Under the pieces are notes generated by a model. That model did not search any database. It was given only the letters and a program-made list of their open reading frames with translations, and had not been told where the DNA came from. A program made the position numbers and the translations under genes. From Dokdonella sp. (lineage in GTDB: Bacteria > Pseudomonadota > Gammaproteobacteria > Xanthomonadales > Rhodanobacteraceae): 64,000 nt of DNA. This document shows, in pieces, positions 38,547-50,000 of the stretch (position 1 is its first letter; each line of letters begins with the position of its first letter). The stretch spans positions 1,793,387 to 1,857,386 of the forward strand of contig JANQAE010000001.1 of assembly GCA_024707225.1 (NCBI GenBank), written 5' to 3'.

Positions 38547-39854
38547 TCACGACTCGCGCAGCGCCGTCGTCACCGGCAGGCGCGCGGCGCGCAGTGCCGG
38601 CAGCAGGCCGCCGATGAAGCCGATCGCCAGCGCCCACTTGACGCCGGTCCACAGCAGCGCAGGCGACACGTTGAAGCGGAATACGACCTGGCTGAAGTTC
38701 GCGCCGAGCGTCGAGACCGTGTAGTTGTCGAAGATCGCCCAGGCGATGCCGGCGCCGAGCAGACCGCCGAGCAGGGCCAGCAGCATCGTCTCGAGCATCA
38801 CCGAGATCAGCACCGGCGGCGAGCCGAAGCCGATCGCGCGCAGCGTGGCGATCTCCCGCGCGCGCGTCGCGACCGCGGCGTACATCGTGTTGAGCGCGCC
38901 GAACATCGCGCCGATCGCCATGATCGCGGCGATCGCGATGCCGACGATGCGGATCGTCTTGGTCAGCTGCTCGGACTGCGCGGTGTAGTAGTCCAGCGTG
39001 GTCTTGGCGTCGACCTTGAGGCGCGGATCGGCCGCCAGCGCGGCCTTGAACGTGTCCAGCGCCTCGGGCGCGGTCAGCCGCACGGTCGCCGACTGGTAGC
39101 CGCCGCGCCGGTACGCCGAGGACACCGTATCGACGTCGCCGAGCAGCTCCGACTCGTGCGCATCGCCGGACTCGAACACGCCGACCACGCTCCACTGCTG
39201 GTTGTTGAGATTGATCGTCGCGCCGGGCTCCAGGCCCTCGAACTGCGCGCGCGCGCCGCGGCCGACGACCATCTCGCGCAGGCCCGGCGTGAACGCGCGG
39301 CCTTCGACGATCTTGACGTTGGGACGCAGTGCCCAGGCCTGCGGACCGATGCCGCGTACCTCGACGTTGGCGTCGGTGCCGGTCGACTTCTTCGGCAGGT
39401 TGGCGACGACGACCAGCTCCGGCGAGACGATCGGCTTGCCCTCGGCATCGCGCAGGATGCCCGGCATCTGCGCGATCAGCGTGGCGTCCTCGCGCGACAG
39501 TCCCGAGCTGAGCTCGGCGGTCGCGCCGCCGCGCAGGATGATCGCGGTCTCGGTGTCGCCGGTGCTGCGCAGCGTCTTCTGCAGACCGTCGCCCATCGCG
39601 AGCAGCGCGACCAGCACGCCGACGACGCCGGCGATGCCGACGACGATCACCGACGAGGCGCCGAGGCGCTGCGCCAGCGTCGAGACGCCGATCCAGGTCA
39701 CCGCCGCAGCCTGGCGGCCGCCGCGCGTCGTCGCCATCCACAGCAGCAGCACGACGAACAGTGCGCCGAGCAGCCAGCCCGGCAGCATGATCCACGCGAA
39801 CAGCGAGAGCAGCATCAGCGCGAGCGTGGCGAGTCCCCGCAAGATCGATTTCAT
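38547..39854 (-). CDS. ABC transporter permease (MacB/FtsX family)
   Basis: MacB-type periplasmic core; AIGAMFGALNTMYAAVATRAREIATLRAIGF. Confidence 0.92.
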   Translation of the reverse strand: MKSILRGLATLALMLLSLFAWIMLPGWLLGALFVVLLLWMATTRGGRQAAAVTWIGVSTLAQRLGASSVIVVGIAGVVGVLVALLAMGDGLQKTLRSTGDTETAIILRGGATAELSSGLSREDATLIAQMPGILRDAEGKPIVSPELVVVANLPKKSTGTDANVEVRGIGPQAWALRPNVKIVEGRAFTPGLREMVVGRGARAQFEGLEPGATINLNNQQWSVVGVFESGDAHESELLGDVDTVSSAYRRGGYQSATVRLTAPEALDTFKAALAADPRLKVDAKTTLDYYTAQSEQLTKTIRIVGIAIAAIMAIGAMFGALNTMYAAVATRAREIATLRAIGFGSPPVLISVMLETMLLALLGGLLGAGIAWAIFDNYTVSTLGANFSQVVFRFNVSPALLWTGVKWALAIGFIGGLLPALRAARLPVTTALRES

Positions 39855-39866
39855 GACGTCTTCTCC

Positions 39867-41030
39867 TCAGCGTCCGGCCAGCGCATCGACGATCTTCAGC
39901 CGCATCGCGCGCAATGCCGGCAAGGCGCCGACCAGCACGCCGATCAGCACCATCACGACCAGACCGATCGACCAGGTCGTCGCGCCGACCGCGGGCAGCT
40001 GCACCGCGCCGCCGCTGGCCGCACTGGCGATCGGCATCAATGCGGCGGCGATGCCGAGGCCGAGCACGCCGCCGAGCACGATCAGCAGCACGGCCTCGCC
40101 GAAGACCAGGCCGAGCACGGTGCGGTCCGAAAAGCCGATCGTCTTCAGCGTCGCCAGTTCCGGAATGCGTTCGCGTACGGCCTGCGCCATCGTGTTGCCG
40201 GTCAGCAGCAGCAGCGTGAAGAACACCGCGCCCATGATCGCGCTGACGATCAGGCCGATGTCGCCGAGCTGCTTGGCGAACGACAGGTTGAACGCCTGCT
40301 CGGTCTGCGTCTTGGTCTCGTGATCGGAGTTGGCCGAGATCGCGTCGACCGCGCGCGCGATCTCGCTGGACTGGTTCGGGTCGGTCACCTGGATCGTGAT
40401 CCAGCCGACCTCGTGCGCGTTGTAGGCGTTGGCCTCGTCGAAGTAGTCCCAGCGGAACAGCAGCTGCTGCTCGATGCCGCGCTGCTTGGGGTCGCGCGCC
40501 TCGTAGATGCCGACTACGTCGAAGGTCCAGCTGGTGTCGCCGGTCGCCTTGTTCGGGTAGATCGCGCCGGTGACCGGCACCTTGTCGCCGACCTTCCAGC
40601 CGAAGCGATTGGCCAGCGTGCGGCCGACCAGGGCGCCGGTCCTCGTGGACTCGAATGCCTGGCGCTGCTCGGGCGCGACCACGTAGTCGGAATAGACGTC
40701 GAAGAAGTTCGGGCCGATCGCGATGTTGAAGCCCTGGTTCTTCGGATCGGTGTAGTAGCCGCCGAACCAGTTGGCCCAGGTCAGATTCTTGACGCCGGGC
40801 GTGGCCTGGATGCGCGGAATCAGGCTCTGCGGCAGCCCCTGGATGATCGAGAAGCGCGAGGAGACGATCATGCGGTCGACGCCGGCCGCCTCGCCGCCGG
40901 CATTGAACGCGACGCGCACGCCGTCGAGCAGGCCGAACAGCAGAAACGCCGCGAGCACCGACAGCAGCGTCAGCACGGTGCGCGTCTTGCGGCGGAACAG
41001 CGCCGCCCAGATCAGATGCAGGTATTTCAT
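39867..41030 (-). CDS. ABC transporter permease (MacB/FtsX family)
   Basis: MKYLHLIWAALFRRKTRT..., GNTMAQAVRERIPELATLKTIGF. Confidence 0.92.
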   Translation of the reverse strand: MKYLHLIWAALFRRKTRTVLTLLSVLAAFLLFGLLDGVRVAFNAGGEAAGVDRMIVSSRFSIIQGLPQSLIPRIQATPGVKNLTWANWFGGYYTDPKNQGFNIAIGPNFFDVYSDYVVAPEQRQAFESTRTGALVGRTLANRFGWKVGDKVPVTGAIYPNKATGDTSWTFDVVGIYEARDPKQRGIEQQLLFRWDYFDEANAYNAHEVGWITIQVTDPNQSSEIARAVDAISANSDHETKTQTEQAFNLSFAKQLGDIGLIVSAIMGAVFFTLLLLTGNTMAQAVRERIPELATLKTIGFSDRTVLGLVFGEAVLLIVLGGVLGLGIAAALMPIASAASGGAVQLPAVGATTWSIGLVVMVLIGVLVGALPALRAMRLKIVDALAGR

Positions 41031-41110
41031 GGCAGGAAGTCCTCTACGAGGGACCGGGCAGGCGGAACGGGTGAGTCGCGGCCGCGCGGATGCGCGACGG
41101 GCCGCAGTGC

Positions 41111-41800
41111 TCAGGCCGCGACGCCGGTCCCGACCAGGGTGCCCTTGTCCAGATGCAGCGTGTGCGAGGCGTACTCGGCGGCCTTCGGATCGTGCGTGAC
41201 CATGATGATCGTCTTGCCGTGCTCGCGGTTGAGCGTCTGCAGCAGGCCGAGCACGTCCTCGGCGGACTGGCGGTCGAGGTCGCCGGTCGGCTCGTCGCAG
41301 ACCAGCAGCGTCGGATCGGACACGATCGCGCGCGCGATCGCGACGCGCTGCTGCTGGCCGCCCGACAGCTCGTTGGGCTTGTGGCCGGCGCGGTCGGCCA
41401 GGCCGACCAGCTGCAGCGCGATCGACGCGTTGCGGCGGCGCTCGGCGGCCGAGAGCTTGGTCAGCAGCAGCGGCACCTCGACGTTCTTCTGCGCGGTCAG
41501 CATCGGCAGCAGGTTGTAGAACTGGAAGATGAAGCCGACGTGGCCGGCACGCCACTTGGCCAGCGCGCCGCCGCCGAGCGTGTCGATGCGCTGTCCGCCG
41601 ACCGAGATGCTGCCGCCGCTCGGCGAGTCGAGCCCGCCGATCAGGTTCAGCAGCGTGGTCTTGCCGGAGCCGGACGGTCCCATCAGCGCGAGGAAGTCGC
41701 CGGCGGCGATGTCGAGGTCGACATGATGCAGCACCTCGACCTTCTGCTTGCCGCGCTCGTAGACCTTGCTGACGTCGCGGATTTCGACCAGTGTGCTCAT
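41111..41800 (-). CDS. ABC transporter ATP-binding protein (LolD/MacB type)
   Basis: GPSGSGKT, LSGGQQQRVAIAR, LLVCDEPTG, MVTHD. Confidence 0.96.
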   Translation of the reverse strand: MSTLVEIRDVSKVYERGKQKVEVLHHVDLDIAAGDFLALMGPSGSGKTTLLNLIGGLDSPSGGSISVGGQRIDTLGGGALAKWRAGHVGFIFQFYNLLPMLTAQKNVEVPLLLTKLSAAERRRNASIALQLVGLADRAGHKPNELSGGQQQRVAIARAIVSDPTLLVCDEPTGDLDRQSAEDVLGLLQTLNREHGKTIIMVTHDPKAAEYASHTLHLDKGTLVGTGVAA

Positions 41801-41895
41801 CGCTCGTACCTCGTCTCGAAACCGGCCGCTGCGGGCCGGAGGTGGTGTCGCATCCCAACGCCTTCGTCGCGAAGGCTCCGATTCGCCGCCCTGCC

Positions 41896-43130
41896 CTACT
41901 GCCGTGCCGCCGTGTCGACGCGTGCGCCGTCGATGAGAGCCGGCGGCGGCGCGCGGACCACGCGCGTGCCGACCGGCAGGCCCTCGACCAGGCGCAGCTC
42001 CGCATAGCTCTGGCCCGGCGTCACCGATTGTGCGCGCACGCGCTCGCCGTCGATCACGTAGACCTGGCTGCGGCCGTCGCGCTGGACGATCGCCGAGGCC
42101 GGCACCAGCACGCCCTTCGGCGGCTCGGCGCGGCGGCGGCCGGCTTGGCCTCCTCGAGGAACGATACGCGCGCGCCCATGTCCGGCAGGATCCGCGGATC
42201 CTTCTGGCGCAGGCCCACGCGCACCTTGACCGTGGCCTTGCCGCGGTCGGCGGTCGGGATGATCGCGATCACGTGGGCCGGGATCGTCCAGTCCTGGTAG
42301 GCGTCGAGCACGGCCTGGGCCGGCGCGCCGGCAACGACGCGGTTGATGTAGGACTCGTTGACGTCGACCTCGATCTCGAGCGAGTCCATGTCGACGATCG
42401 TGCCGATGCCGGTGCGCGTGAAGCCGCCGCCGGCCGACAGCGGCGAGACGATCTCGCCGACCTGGGCCGCCTTGGCGATCACGATGCCGCCGAACGGCGC
42501 GCGCACGGTCGTGTAGTCCAGCTGCACCTGCGCGCTGCGCAACTGCGCCTCGGCGAGCTCGGCGTAGCGCTGCTGCGCGAGCAGCTGCGCCTGCAGCGTC
42601 TCGGTGCGCGTGCGCGCGGTCTCCTCGGCCTGCTGCGAGACCAGCTTGCGGCCGACCAGCTCGCTCTGGCGCTGGAGGTCGCGCCGCGCCTGGGCGAGCT
42701 CGGCCTGGTACTGGCCGATCTGCGCGCGCGCCTGCGCGAGCTGCGCCCTGGCCTGGCCGAGTCCGGCCTGCTGTGCGGTGTCCTCGAGCCTTGCCAGCAC
42801 CTGGCCGGCCTCGACGCGCTCGCCTTCCTCGATCAGCACCTCGGTCAGCGTGCCGGTGATCTGCGCCGACACGGTCGCCTGGCGGCGCGCGGTCACATAG
42901 CCGGTGGCCTGCAGCACCGCGGTGGCGCCCTCGCCGCTGGCGACCGGCGCGACCGCGACGGCGACCTCGACCTCGACCGGCTGCGCGCGCCCGAACAGCC
43001 ACCATGCGCCGGCACCGGCCGCGGCCAGCAGCACGACCACGGCGGCGACGATCCACGGCGCCTTCGATGCCGGCTCGGGCGTGGTGCGATCGATGCGCAG
43101 CTGGTTCAGAAGATCGCTGGTATTGCTCAT
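41896..43130 (-). CDS. MacA/HlyD-type periplasmic adaptor (apparent frameshift near 42130)
   Basis: N-terminal TM, ATGYV, VSAQITG, VRAPFGG, EVDVNES, PGMGARV-like motif; the tail (KGVLVPASAIV...) is in ORF 41896..43200. Confidence 0.9.
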
Positions 43131-43230
43131 GTCCCTTTCCACGCGCCCCATTCGGTCGGCGAGTCTGCCATAGACTGTCGATGCGGCAGAGGTGCCGCAA
43201 GGCACGGCCTTCAGGCGGCCGAGGTGACGC

Positions 43231-43653
43231 ATGTCAGGTACCACCGCCGGCTATTCCGGCAAGCCGTTGTGGCAGAAGCTGGGCCTGACGCCGACGCTGC
43301 GCGTTCATCTTCGCGGCCTGCCGGCCGACGACTACCGCGCACTGACCGGCATGGCGCCCGGCACGCCCGACCTGGTCGGCCCGCGTGCGGCGTTCGACAT
43401 GGCCCACGTCTTCGCGACCACGGCCGCCAAGCTCGCGCGGGCGCTCGCCGCGCTCGATCCGCGCCTGCCGCCGGCCGGCGCGATCTGGGTGTCCTGGCCC
43501 AAGCGCAGCGCGCGCGTGCCGACCGACATCACCGAGGACACGATCCGTGCGCTGGCACTGCCGCTGGGCCTGGTCGACGTCAAGGTCTGCGCGGTCGACG
43601 CGATCTGGTCCGGGCTGAAGCTGGTCCGGCGCAAGGCGCTGCGGCCGGCCTGA
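43231..43653 (+). CDS. DUF3052-family protein
   Basis: AGYSGKPLWQKLG...IWVSWPKRS...TDITEDTIR...GLVDVKVCAVDAIWSGLKLV. Confidence 0.8.
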   Translation: MSGTTAGYSGKPLWQKLGLTPTLRVHLRGLPADDYRALTGMAPGTPDLVGPRAAFDMAHVFATTAAKLARALAALDPRLPPAGAIWVSWPKRSARVPTDITEDTIRALALPLGLVDVKVCAVDAIWSGLKLVRRKALRPA

Positions 43654-43766
43654 GCTCGAGGCTGCGACGTCGCGCCGCAAGCGCGCGGCATCGCCGATTG
43701 ACGCCGGTCAAACGGCGCCGGAGCCGCGATGCCTACGCTGCGCTTCCGCATCGCAGGAGGCCTTCC

Positions 43767-44243
43767 ATGCACGCGCTCGCGCAGACCAACGAGCTGATCC
43801 GCTGGGGTCCGGAGCTCAGCGTCGGCATCGAGGAGATCGACAACCAGCACCGCGTGCTGGTCGATCTGCTCAACGACCTCAACGCCGCTACGCTCGCCCA
43901 CCACGGCGCGCAGGAGGCGCCGCAGATCCTCGAGAAGCTGATCGACTACACGCGCATCCACTTCGCGGTCGAGGAGAGCCTGATGCGCCTGTTCGACTAT
44001 CCGGACTACGAGAGCCACAAGGACAGTCACGACAAGCTGGTCGAGGAGGTGCTGAGGCTGCGCCATCGCGTCGTCGTCGAGCGCAAGCCGATCACGTTCG
44101 AGCTGCTGCACTTCCTCAAGAAGTGGCTGACGATCCACATCATGGAGTCCGACGCGCACTACACGCCGTACTTCCTGAGCCGCGGCATCGCCGCGACCAA
44201 CCGCAAGCCGTCGTGGTGGGAGCGCCTGCGCGGCCGCGGCTGA
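43767..44243 (+). CDS. Single-domain bacteriohemerythrin
   Basis: W...LSVGIEEIDNQH, HFAVEE, HKDSH, W...HIMESD give the full di-iron ligand set; GGAGG RBS. Confidence 0.93.
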   Translation: MHALAQTNELIRWGPELSVGIEEIDNQHRVLVDLLNDLNAATLAHHGAQEAPQILEKLIDYTRIHFAVEESLMRLFDYPDYESHKDSHDKLVEEVLRLRHRVVVERKPITFELLHFLKKWLTIHIMESDAHYTPYFLSRGIAATNRKPSWWERLRGRG

Positions 44244-44653
44244 CGGCCGGACGCGCGGCGAGGCATTCGTCGCGCGAGGGCCGCGCAGGCATGACCGATG
44301 CCGGCGCGGCGCCTGCCGGCGCGTGCAGAGCGAACCGGTCTGCGCCCGGCGCCGCCGATTCGATCGAGCCGCAGCGGATCTGACCTCACCGCAGCGATAC
44401 CGGCGCGACACCGCGACCGCTTGGGCCGTGCCGGAGCGGACGCCGTTGCGGACGAAGCCGGCCCTGAACGATCCAAGCCCCCGCACGTGCCAGCGTAGCG
44501 GGACCGGCTGATCGTCCACAGGAGCCGGCGATCGGCAACGCGCCGACCGGAACTCGCCGCTCGCGTCGGCAGGCATGGACATTCCGCACCGCACAGGGAA
44601 AACTTCCCGAGCACGGCGACCGCCGTGCATCCGACGATCGGATCGGGGAGACC

Positions 44654-46144
44654 ATGATCTCCTCGGCCAACGGGGAGGGAGATCGCGTGGACCTCGCGGT
44701 TCGCACCGGTCGATGGCGGGCGCGTATCGTGCTGCTATGCAGCAAACGTACGTCGCGTCCGGCGACCGCCACGGCGGTGTGCCTCGCCGCGCTGGCCGGC
44801 GGCTGCGCGCATTACGCGCCGGCGCCATTGCCGCCGGCCCGGACCCTGGCCGCTTTCGAGGCACGCACGGCGGCTGATGCTGCGCTGCGCGAACGCGTCG
44901 CGGACCTGTTTCCGGCGCTTTCGGCCGGCTGGCCGCCGCCGCACTGGGATCGCGCATCGGTACTCGCGCTGGCGATCGCCGCCAACGACGCGCTCGGCGT
45001 CGCCCGCGCCGAATACACCGCCGCGCTCGGCCGCCGTGCCGTCGCCGGCGTGCCGGCCGATCCCGGTCTGTCGCTGCAGACCGAATACGCGCGCCGCGAG
45101 CAGGCGCCGTGGCTGTACGGGCTCGGCCTCGATTGGGCTCTGCCCTCGCCGTCCCGGCGCCGCCTCGACCAGGCGATCGCCGATGCCGAGGTGCAGGCCG
45201 CGCGGGCCGAGCTGCTCGCGCAGGTCTGGCAGCTGCGCCAGCGCGTCGCGACCGCGCTGTCGGCGCTCGAGGCCGGCCGGCGCCGCGCGTCGCAGCTGGA
45301 GCGGCTGGCCGCGCTGCAGCAGCGGCGCGCCGAACAGATGGACCGGCGCGTCGCCGCCGGCGAGGACGCGGCCGCCGATGCACTGCCGGCACGCGAGGCG
45401 GTCCTGCATGCGGCCGCCGCGCAGGCCGATGCGACGACCGCGCTGGCCGAGGCGCAGGCCGCATTCGCCGAAGCGCTCGGCCTGCCGGCCGCGGCGGCCG
45501 ACGCGCTGGCGGTCGACTGGCCCGACTGGGGACGGCCGCCGCCGCTCGCGCCGGAGCTGCTCGCGGCGCGGCGCGAGCAGGCGCTGCTGGCGCGCGCCGA
45601 TCTGGCCGCGCTGATCGCCGCCTACGACGCAGCCGAGCGGCGGCTGCAGCGCGCGATCGCGCGCCAGTATCCGCAGTGGGTGCTGTCGCCGGGTTACCAA
45701 TGGGACCACGGCATCGTCAAGCTGCCGCTCGCGCTCGGCCTGCAGATGCCGCTGTTCGACCGCAACCGCGGCGAGATCGCCGAGGCGACCGGCGCGCGCG
45801 ACGTCGCCGGCGCGCGCCTGGTCGCGTTGCAGGCCGGGATTCACGCGCGCATCGACGCGGCGCGGACCGCCGAAGCGCTGGCCGCCGAGGCGTCGGCCGC
45901 GGCCGAGCGGCGCGCCGCCGCGGCTGCCGACCGGCAGCGCCGCGCCGAGCGCGCGCTCGCGGCCGGCGCGATCGACCGCAGCGAAGCGCTGGCAGCCCAG
46001 ATCGAGGCCGCCGAGGCCGCACTGGCCGTGCTCGACCGGCAGACCGCCCGGCAGGCCGCGCGCCTCGCGCTCGAGGACGCGCTGCACGCGCCGCTGTCGG
46101 GTCCTGAAATCACCCTCTCCCTGCCTGCCGGAGCGTCCCGATGA
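44654..46144 (+). CDS. TolC-family outer-membrane efflux lipoprotein (start uncertain)
   Basis: Lipobox LAGGC; ARQYP...LQMPLFDRNRGEIA; Ala-rich helices. Confidence 0.85.
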   Translation: MISSANGEGDRVDLAVRTGRWRARIVLLCSKRTSRPATATAVCLAALAGGCAHYAPAPLPPARTLAAFEARTAADAALRERVADLFPALSAGWPPPHWDRASVLALAIAANDALGVARAEYTAALGRRAVAGVPADPGLSLQTEYARREQAPWLYGLGLDWALPSPSRRRLDQAIADAEVQAARAELLAQVWQLRQRVATALSALEAGRRRASQLERLAALQQRRAEQMDRRVAAGEDAAADALPAREAVLHAAAAQADATTALAEAQAAFAEALGLPAAAADALAVDWPDWGRPPPLAPELLAARREQALLARADLAALIAAYDAAERRLQRAIARQYPQWVLSPGYQWDHGIVKLPLALGLQMPLFDRNRGEIAEATGARDVAGARLVALQAGIHARIDAARTAEALAAEASAAAERRAAAAADRQRRAERALAAGAIDRSEALAAQIEAAEAALAVLDRQTARQAARLALEDALHAPLSGPEITLSLPAGASR

Positions 46145-47084
46145 GACCTGCACATGCGGCACGCACGACGCTCGCAGCCTGGCTGCTCGCGGCGGCGGCC
46201 TGCCTGGCCGCGACGCCGGACGCGGACGACGAGGACGCGGCGGCGACGCCCTGGTGCTGACGCCGGCCCAAGTCGAGGCGATCGGCCTGCGCGTCGCGGC
46301 GCCGGTCGCGGCCGCGCCGTCGCGGCGGATCGCGGCCTACGGACGCGTGCTCGATTCGTCGCAGCCGATCGCCGCGTTCGCGGCGGTCGACGGCCAGCGC
46401 GCGGCCGAGCGCGCGGCGCGGCTCGAACGCGACCGGCTGCGCGGCCTGCACGCCGACGGTGCAGCCGCCGCGCTGCGCCGCGTCGAGGCGGCCGATGCCG
46501 AACTTGCGGCCGCGCAGGCCGCGCTCGCGGCCGGACAGGCCGCACTCGCGGCGCAATGGACGCCGCTGGCCCGCCTCGACGAGGCTCCGCGGCAGGCGCT
46601 GCTGGCGCGCCTGCGCGACGGCCGCAGCGTGCTGATCCGCGCCGATCTGCCGGGCCGGCAGCGCCTGGCCGTCCTGCCCGAGCGCGCGCAGGTGCGCGTC
46701 GACGGTGTCGAACACGCCGCCCAGGTGCTCGGCGCGCTGCGCAGCGGCCAGGCCGCGCTGCCGGCGCTGCTGCTGGAGCTCGCGCTCGACGGGCTCGGCG
46801 CCGGCGTTGCGCTGGCGGTCACGCTCGACGGCGAGCCGCTCGCCGGATTCCTGCTGCCGCAGGCGGCGCTGCTGTACGACGAGCACGGTGCGCACGTCTA
46901 CTGCGAGGACGCCGCCGCGACCGGCGCGACCGAACGGCGCTACCGGCGGCGCGCGGTCGAACCGCTGATGCCGGCCGGCGCGGCCTATCTGGTGCGCGGC
47001 GTCGACGGCGACGATCGCGTCGTCGTGCACGGACTGGGCCTGCTCTGGTCGATGCAGGGCGGTCCGGTCACCGACGACGACTGA
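46141..47084 (+). CDS. RND periplasmic adaptor subunit (apparent frameshift near 46245)
   Basis: ATG 46141 overlaps the TolC stop and encodes a signal-like N-terminus. Main body is in ORF 46254..47084 (GRVLD, LLPQAALLYDEHGAHVY, VVVHG). Confidence 0.75.
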
Positions 47085-47087
47085 CGC

Positions 47088-50000
47088 ATGCTCGCCGCCC
47101 TCGTCCGCGCCTCGCTGGCCCATCCGCGCATCGTCGCGGCGCTGGCGCTGCTGGTCACGCTGGCCGGCGCGTTCGCGCTGGCGCGCGCACGCTTCGACGT
47201 TTTCCCGGATTTCGCGCCGCCGTTCGTGCTGGTGCAGATCGAGGCGCCGGGCCTGTCGGCGCCGCAGGTCGAGGCGCAGGTGACGCGGCCGGTCGAGTCG
47301 CTGCTGGCCGGCACCGAGAACGTCGCGACGATCCGCTCCAGTTCGGCGCAGGGCCTGGCCGCGATCCGCGTGATCTTCCATCGCGGCAGCGATCCGCATC
47401 GCCAGCGCCAGGCCGTGATCGAGCGGCTGGCCGAGGCCGGCGGCCTGCTGCCCGACGGCGTGCGCGCGCCGCAGCTCTCACCGCTGTCCTCGTCGATGGA
47501 GTACCTGCTGCACTTCGGCTACACCAGCGACACCCTCGATCCGCTCGCACTGCGCGATCTCGTGCAATGGTCGGTCCAGCCGCAGATCCTCGCGGTGCCG
47601 GGCGTCGCGCACGTGCAGCTGTTCGGCGGCCAGGCGCGCGAGCGTCGCGTCGAGATCGACCCGCTGCGCCTGGCCGCGGCCGGGCTCGGACTCGACGCGG
47701 TCGTCGAGGCGATCGCGGCGGCCACCGCGCCGGCCGGCGCCGGCTACGTCGAGACCGCGGTGCAGCGGCTGGTGGTCCAGGTCGAGCCGACCGCGACCGA
47801 TGCCGCCGCGCTGGCCGCGGCCGTCGTCGATCTCGCCGATGGCGTGCCACGCCGGCTCGGCGACGTGGCGACCGTCGTCGACGGCGCGCAGCCGCTGTTC
47901 GGCGACGCGACGATCGCCGGCAAGCCGGGCATCCTCGTCGAGACCTCCTCGCAGTACGGCGCCAACACGCTGGAGGCCACGCGCGCGCTCGAGGCGCGGC
48001 TCGACGCGCTGGCGCCGGCGCTGGCGGCGCAGGGCGTCACCTACCATCCGGCGCTGCTGCGGCCGGCCAGCTTCGTCGAGCACGCGATCGAGAAGATGCG
48101 CCGCTCGCTGGTGATCGGCGCGGCCCTGGTCGTCGCGCTGCTGCTGGTGATGCTGCGCGACTGGCGCGGCGCGCTGATCTCGTTCAGCGCGATTCCGCTG
48201 GCGCTGCTGGCGGCGGTCTGGCTGCTGTCGGCCTGGGGCTTCAGCCTCAACACGATGACGCTCGGCGGCCTGGTCGTCGCGCTCGGCGTCGTCGTCGACG
48301 ATGCGGTGATCGACGTGGAGAACATCCTGCGCCGGCGCCGCGAGGCGGCCGCCGGTGCCGACGTCGACGCCCTGTTCGCCGCGGCCTCGCTCGAGGTGCG
48401 CCGGCCGGTGTTCTACGCGACCGCCGCGGTCGCGGTCGCGTTCGTGCCGATCCTGTCGATGAGCGGCCTGCAGGGCGCGTTCTTCGGTCCGCTGTCGATC
48501 GCGTTCCTGCTCGCGGTCGGACTGTCGCTGATCGTCGCGCTGGCGGTCACGCCGGCGCTGTGCATGCTGTTCATGCGCGACCACGCGCCGGCGCCGGAGG
48601 CGCGCTTCCTCGACCGCTGCAAGACCGTGCAGCGCGGCATCGTCGCGCGCGCGCGCGCGCGCGCCCGCTGCTGCCGGCCGTGCTGCTGATCGCGACCGGC
48701 GTGGCCGGCGTCGCGCTGCTGCCGCTGTTCGGCGCGCGGCTGCTGCCGGACTTCCGCGAGACCTATCTGATCGCGCACAGCGGCCTGCGGCCCGGCGTCG
48801 CGATCGCCGAGACCGCACGCGTCGGCCGCGAGGTGTCCGCGCGCCTGCTCGAGATCGACGGGGTGCGCAGCGTCGCCCAGCAGATCGGCCGCGCCGAGAA
48901 CGGCCAGGACACCGACACGCCGAACGAGAGCGAGTTCGAGATCCGCATCGAGCCGACCGCCGCCCGCCCGCTCGAGGCGATCGAGGCCGACATCCGTGCG
49001 GTGTTCGAGCGCTATCCGAACCAGCAGGCCGAGGTCTATTCGGTGCTGGCCGAGCGCATCGGCGAGACGCTGACCGGCGAGAGCGCGCCGTTCTCGGTCG
49101 GCGTGTTCGGCAGCGATCTGGACGAGAACGACCGCGTCGCCGCGGCGATCGCCGAGGTGATCGACGATCTGCCCGATGCGGCCGGCGTGCGCCTGGTCGT
49201 GCCGCCGCGCGAGCCGCAGCTGCGCGTGCAGCTCGACGGCGAGGCCCTGGCGCTGCACGGCCTGGCCGCCGGCGAGGTGCTGCGCACGATCCAGGCCGCA
49301 TTCCACGGCACCGTCGCGGCCGAGATGACGCTGCCGGACCGCAGTCTGCCGGTGGTCGTGCGCATCGCCGGCGGCGACGGCGGACCGGACGCGCTGCGGC
49401 GCCTGCCGCTGCGCGGACGCGACGGCGCGACCGTCACGCTCGGCGAGCTCGCGTCGATCGATCTGGTCAGCGCGCGCAGCGTGCTCGACCACGAAGATGG
49501 ATTGCGCCGCCAGGTCGTCGTCGCGCGGCCCGAAGGCGGCGACCACGTCGGCTTCGCGGCGCGCGCGCGAGGCGATCGCGGCGCAGGTGACGTTGCCGCC
49601 CGGCGTCTACCTGCGCTACGGCGGCAGCGCCGAAGCGCAGCGCGCGGCCGCGCGCGAGCTGATCGTGCACTCGGGATTCGCCGCCGTCGTGATCGTGCTG
49701 CTGCTGGCGCTCGCGTTCGGGCGCGCGCGCCACGTCGCGCTGACGCTGGCCGCGCTGCCGAGCACGCTGATCGGCGGCGTCGCCGCGCTGTGGCTCAGCG
49801 GGGGCACGCTGAACCTCGGTGCGATGGTCGGCTTCGTCGCGCTGTTCGGCATGGCCGCGCGCAATACGATCCTGCTGATCTCGCACTACGACCATCTGGT
49901 GCACGCCGAGGGCGCGCCGTGGACACTGGAAACCGCCCTGCGCGGTGCGACCGAGCGCCTTACGCCGGTGCTGCTGACCGCGCTGCTGACCGCGCTGGCG

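Noticed and set aside
38332-38555. 10-bp direct repeat GTCACGACTC at 38332 and 38546 as a possible att or target-site duplication
   Set aside because: It is short, has no counterpart at the left edge of the Rhs region, and no integrase or transposase is present.
44588-44625. CGCACAGGGAAAAC resembles the start of a c-di-GMP-I riboswitch; small hairpins follow
   Set aside because: The GAAA tetraloop, the GGGACGCAAAGCC segment and the P2/P3 pairing are missing. An Infernal search would settle it.
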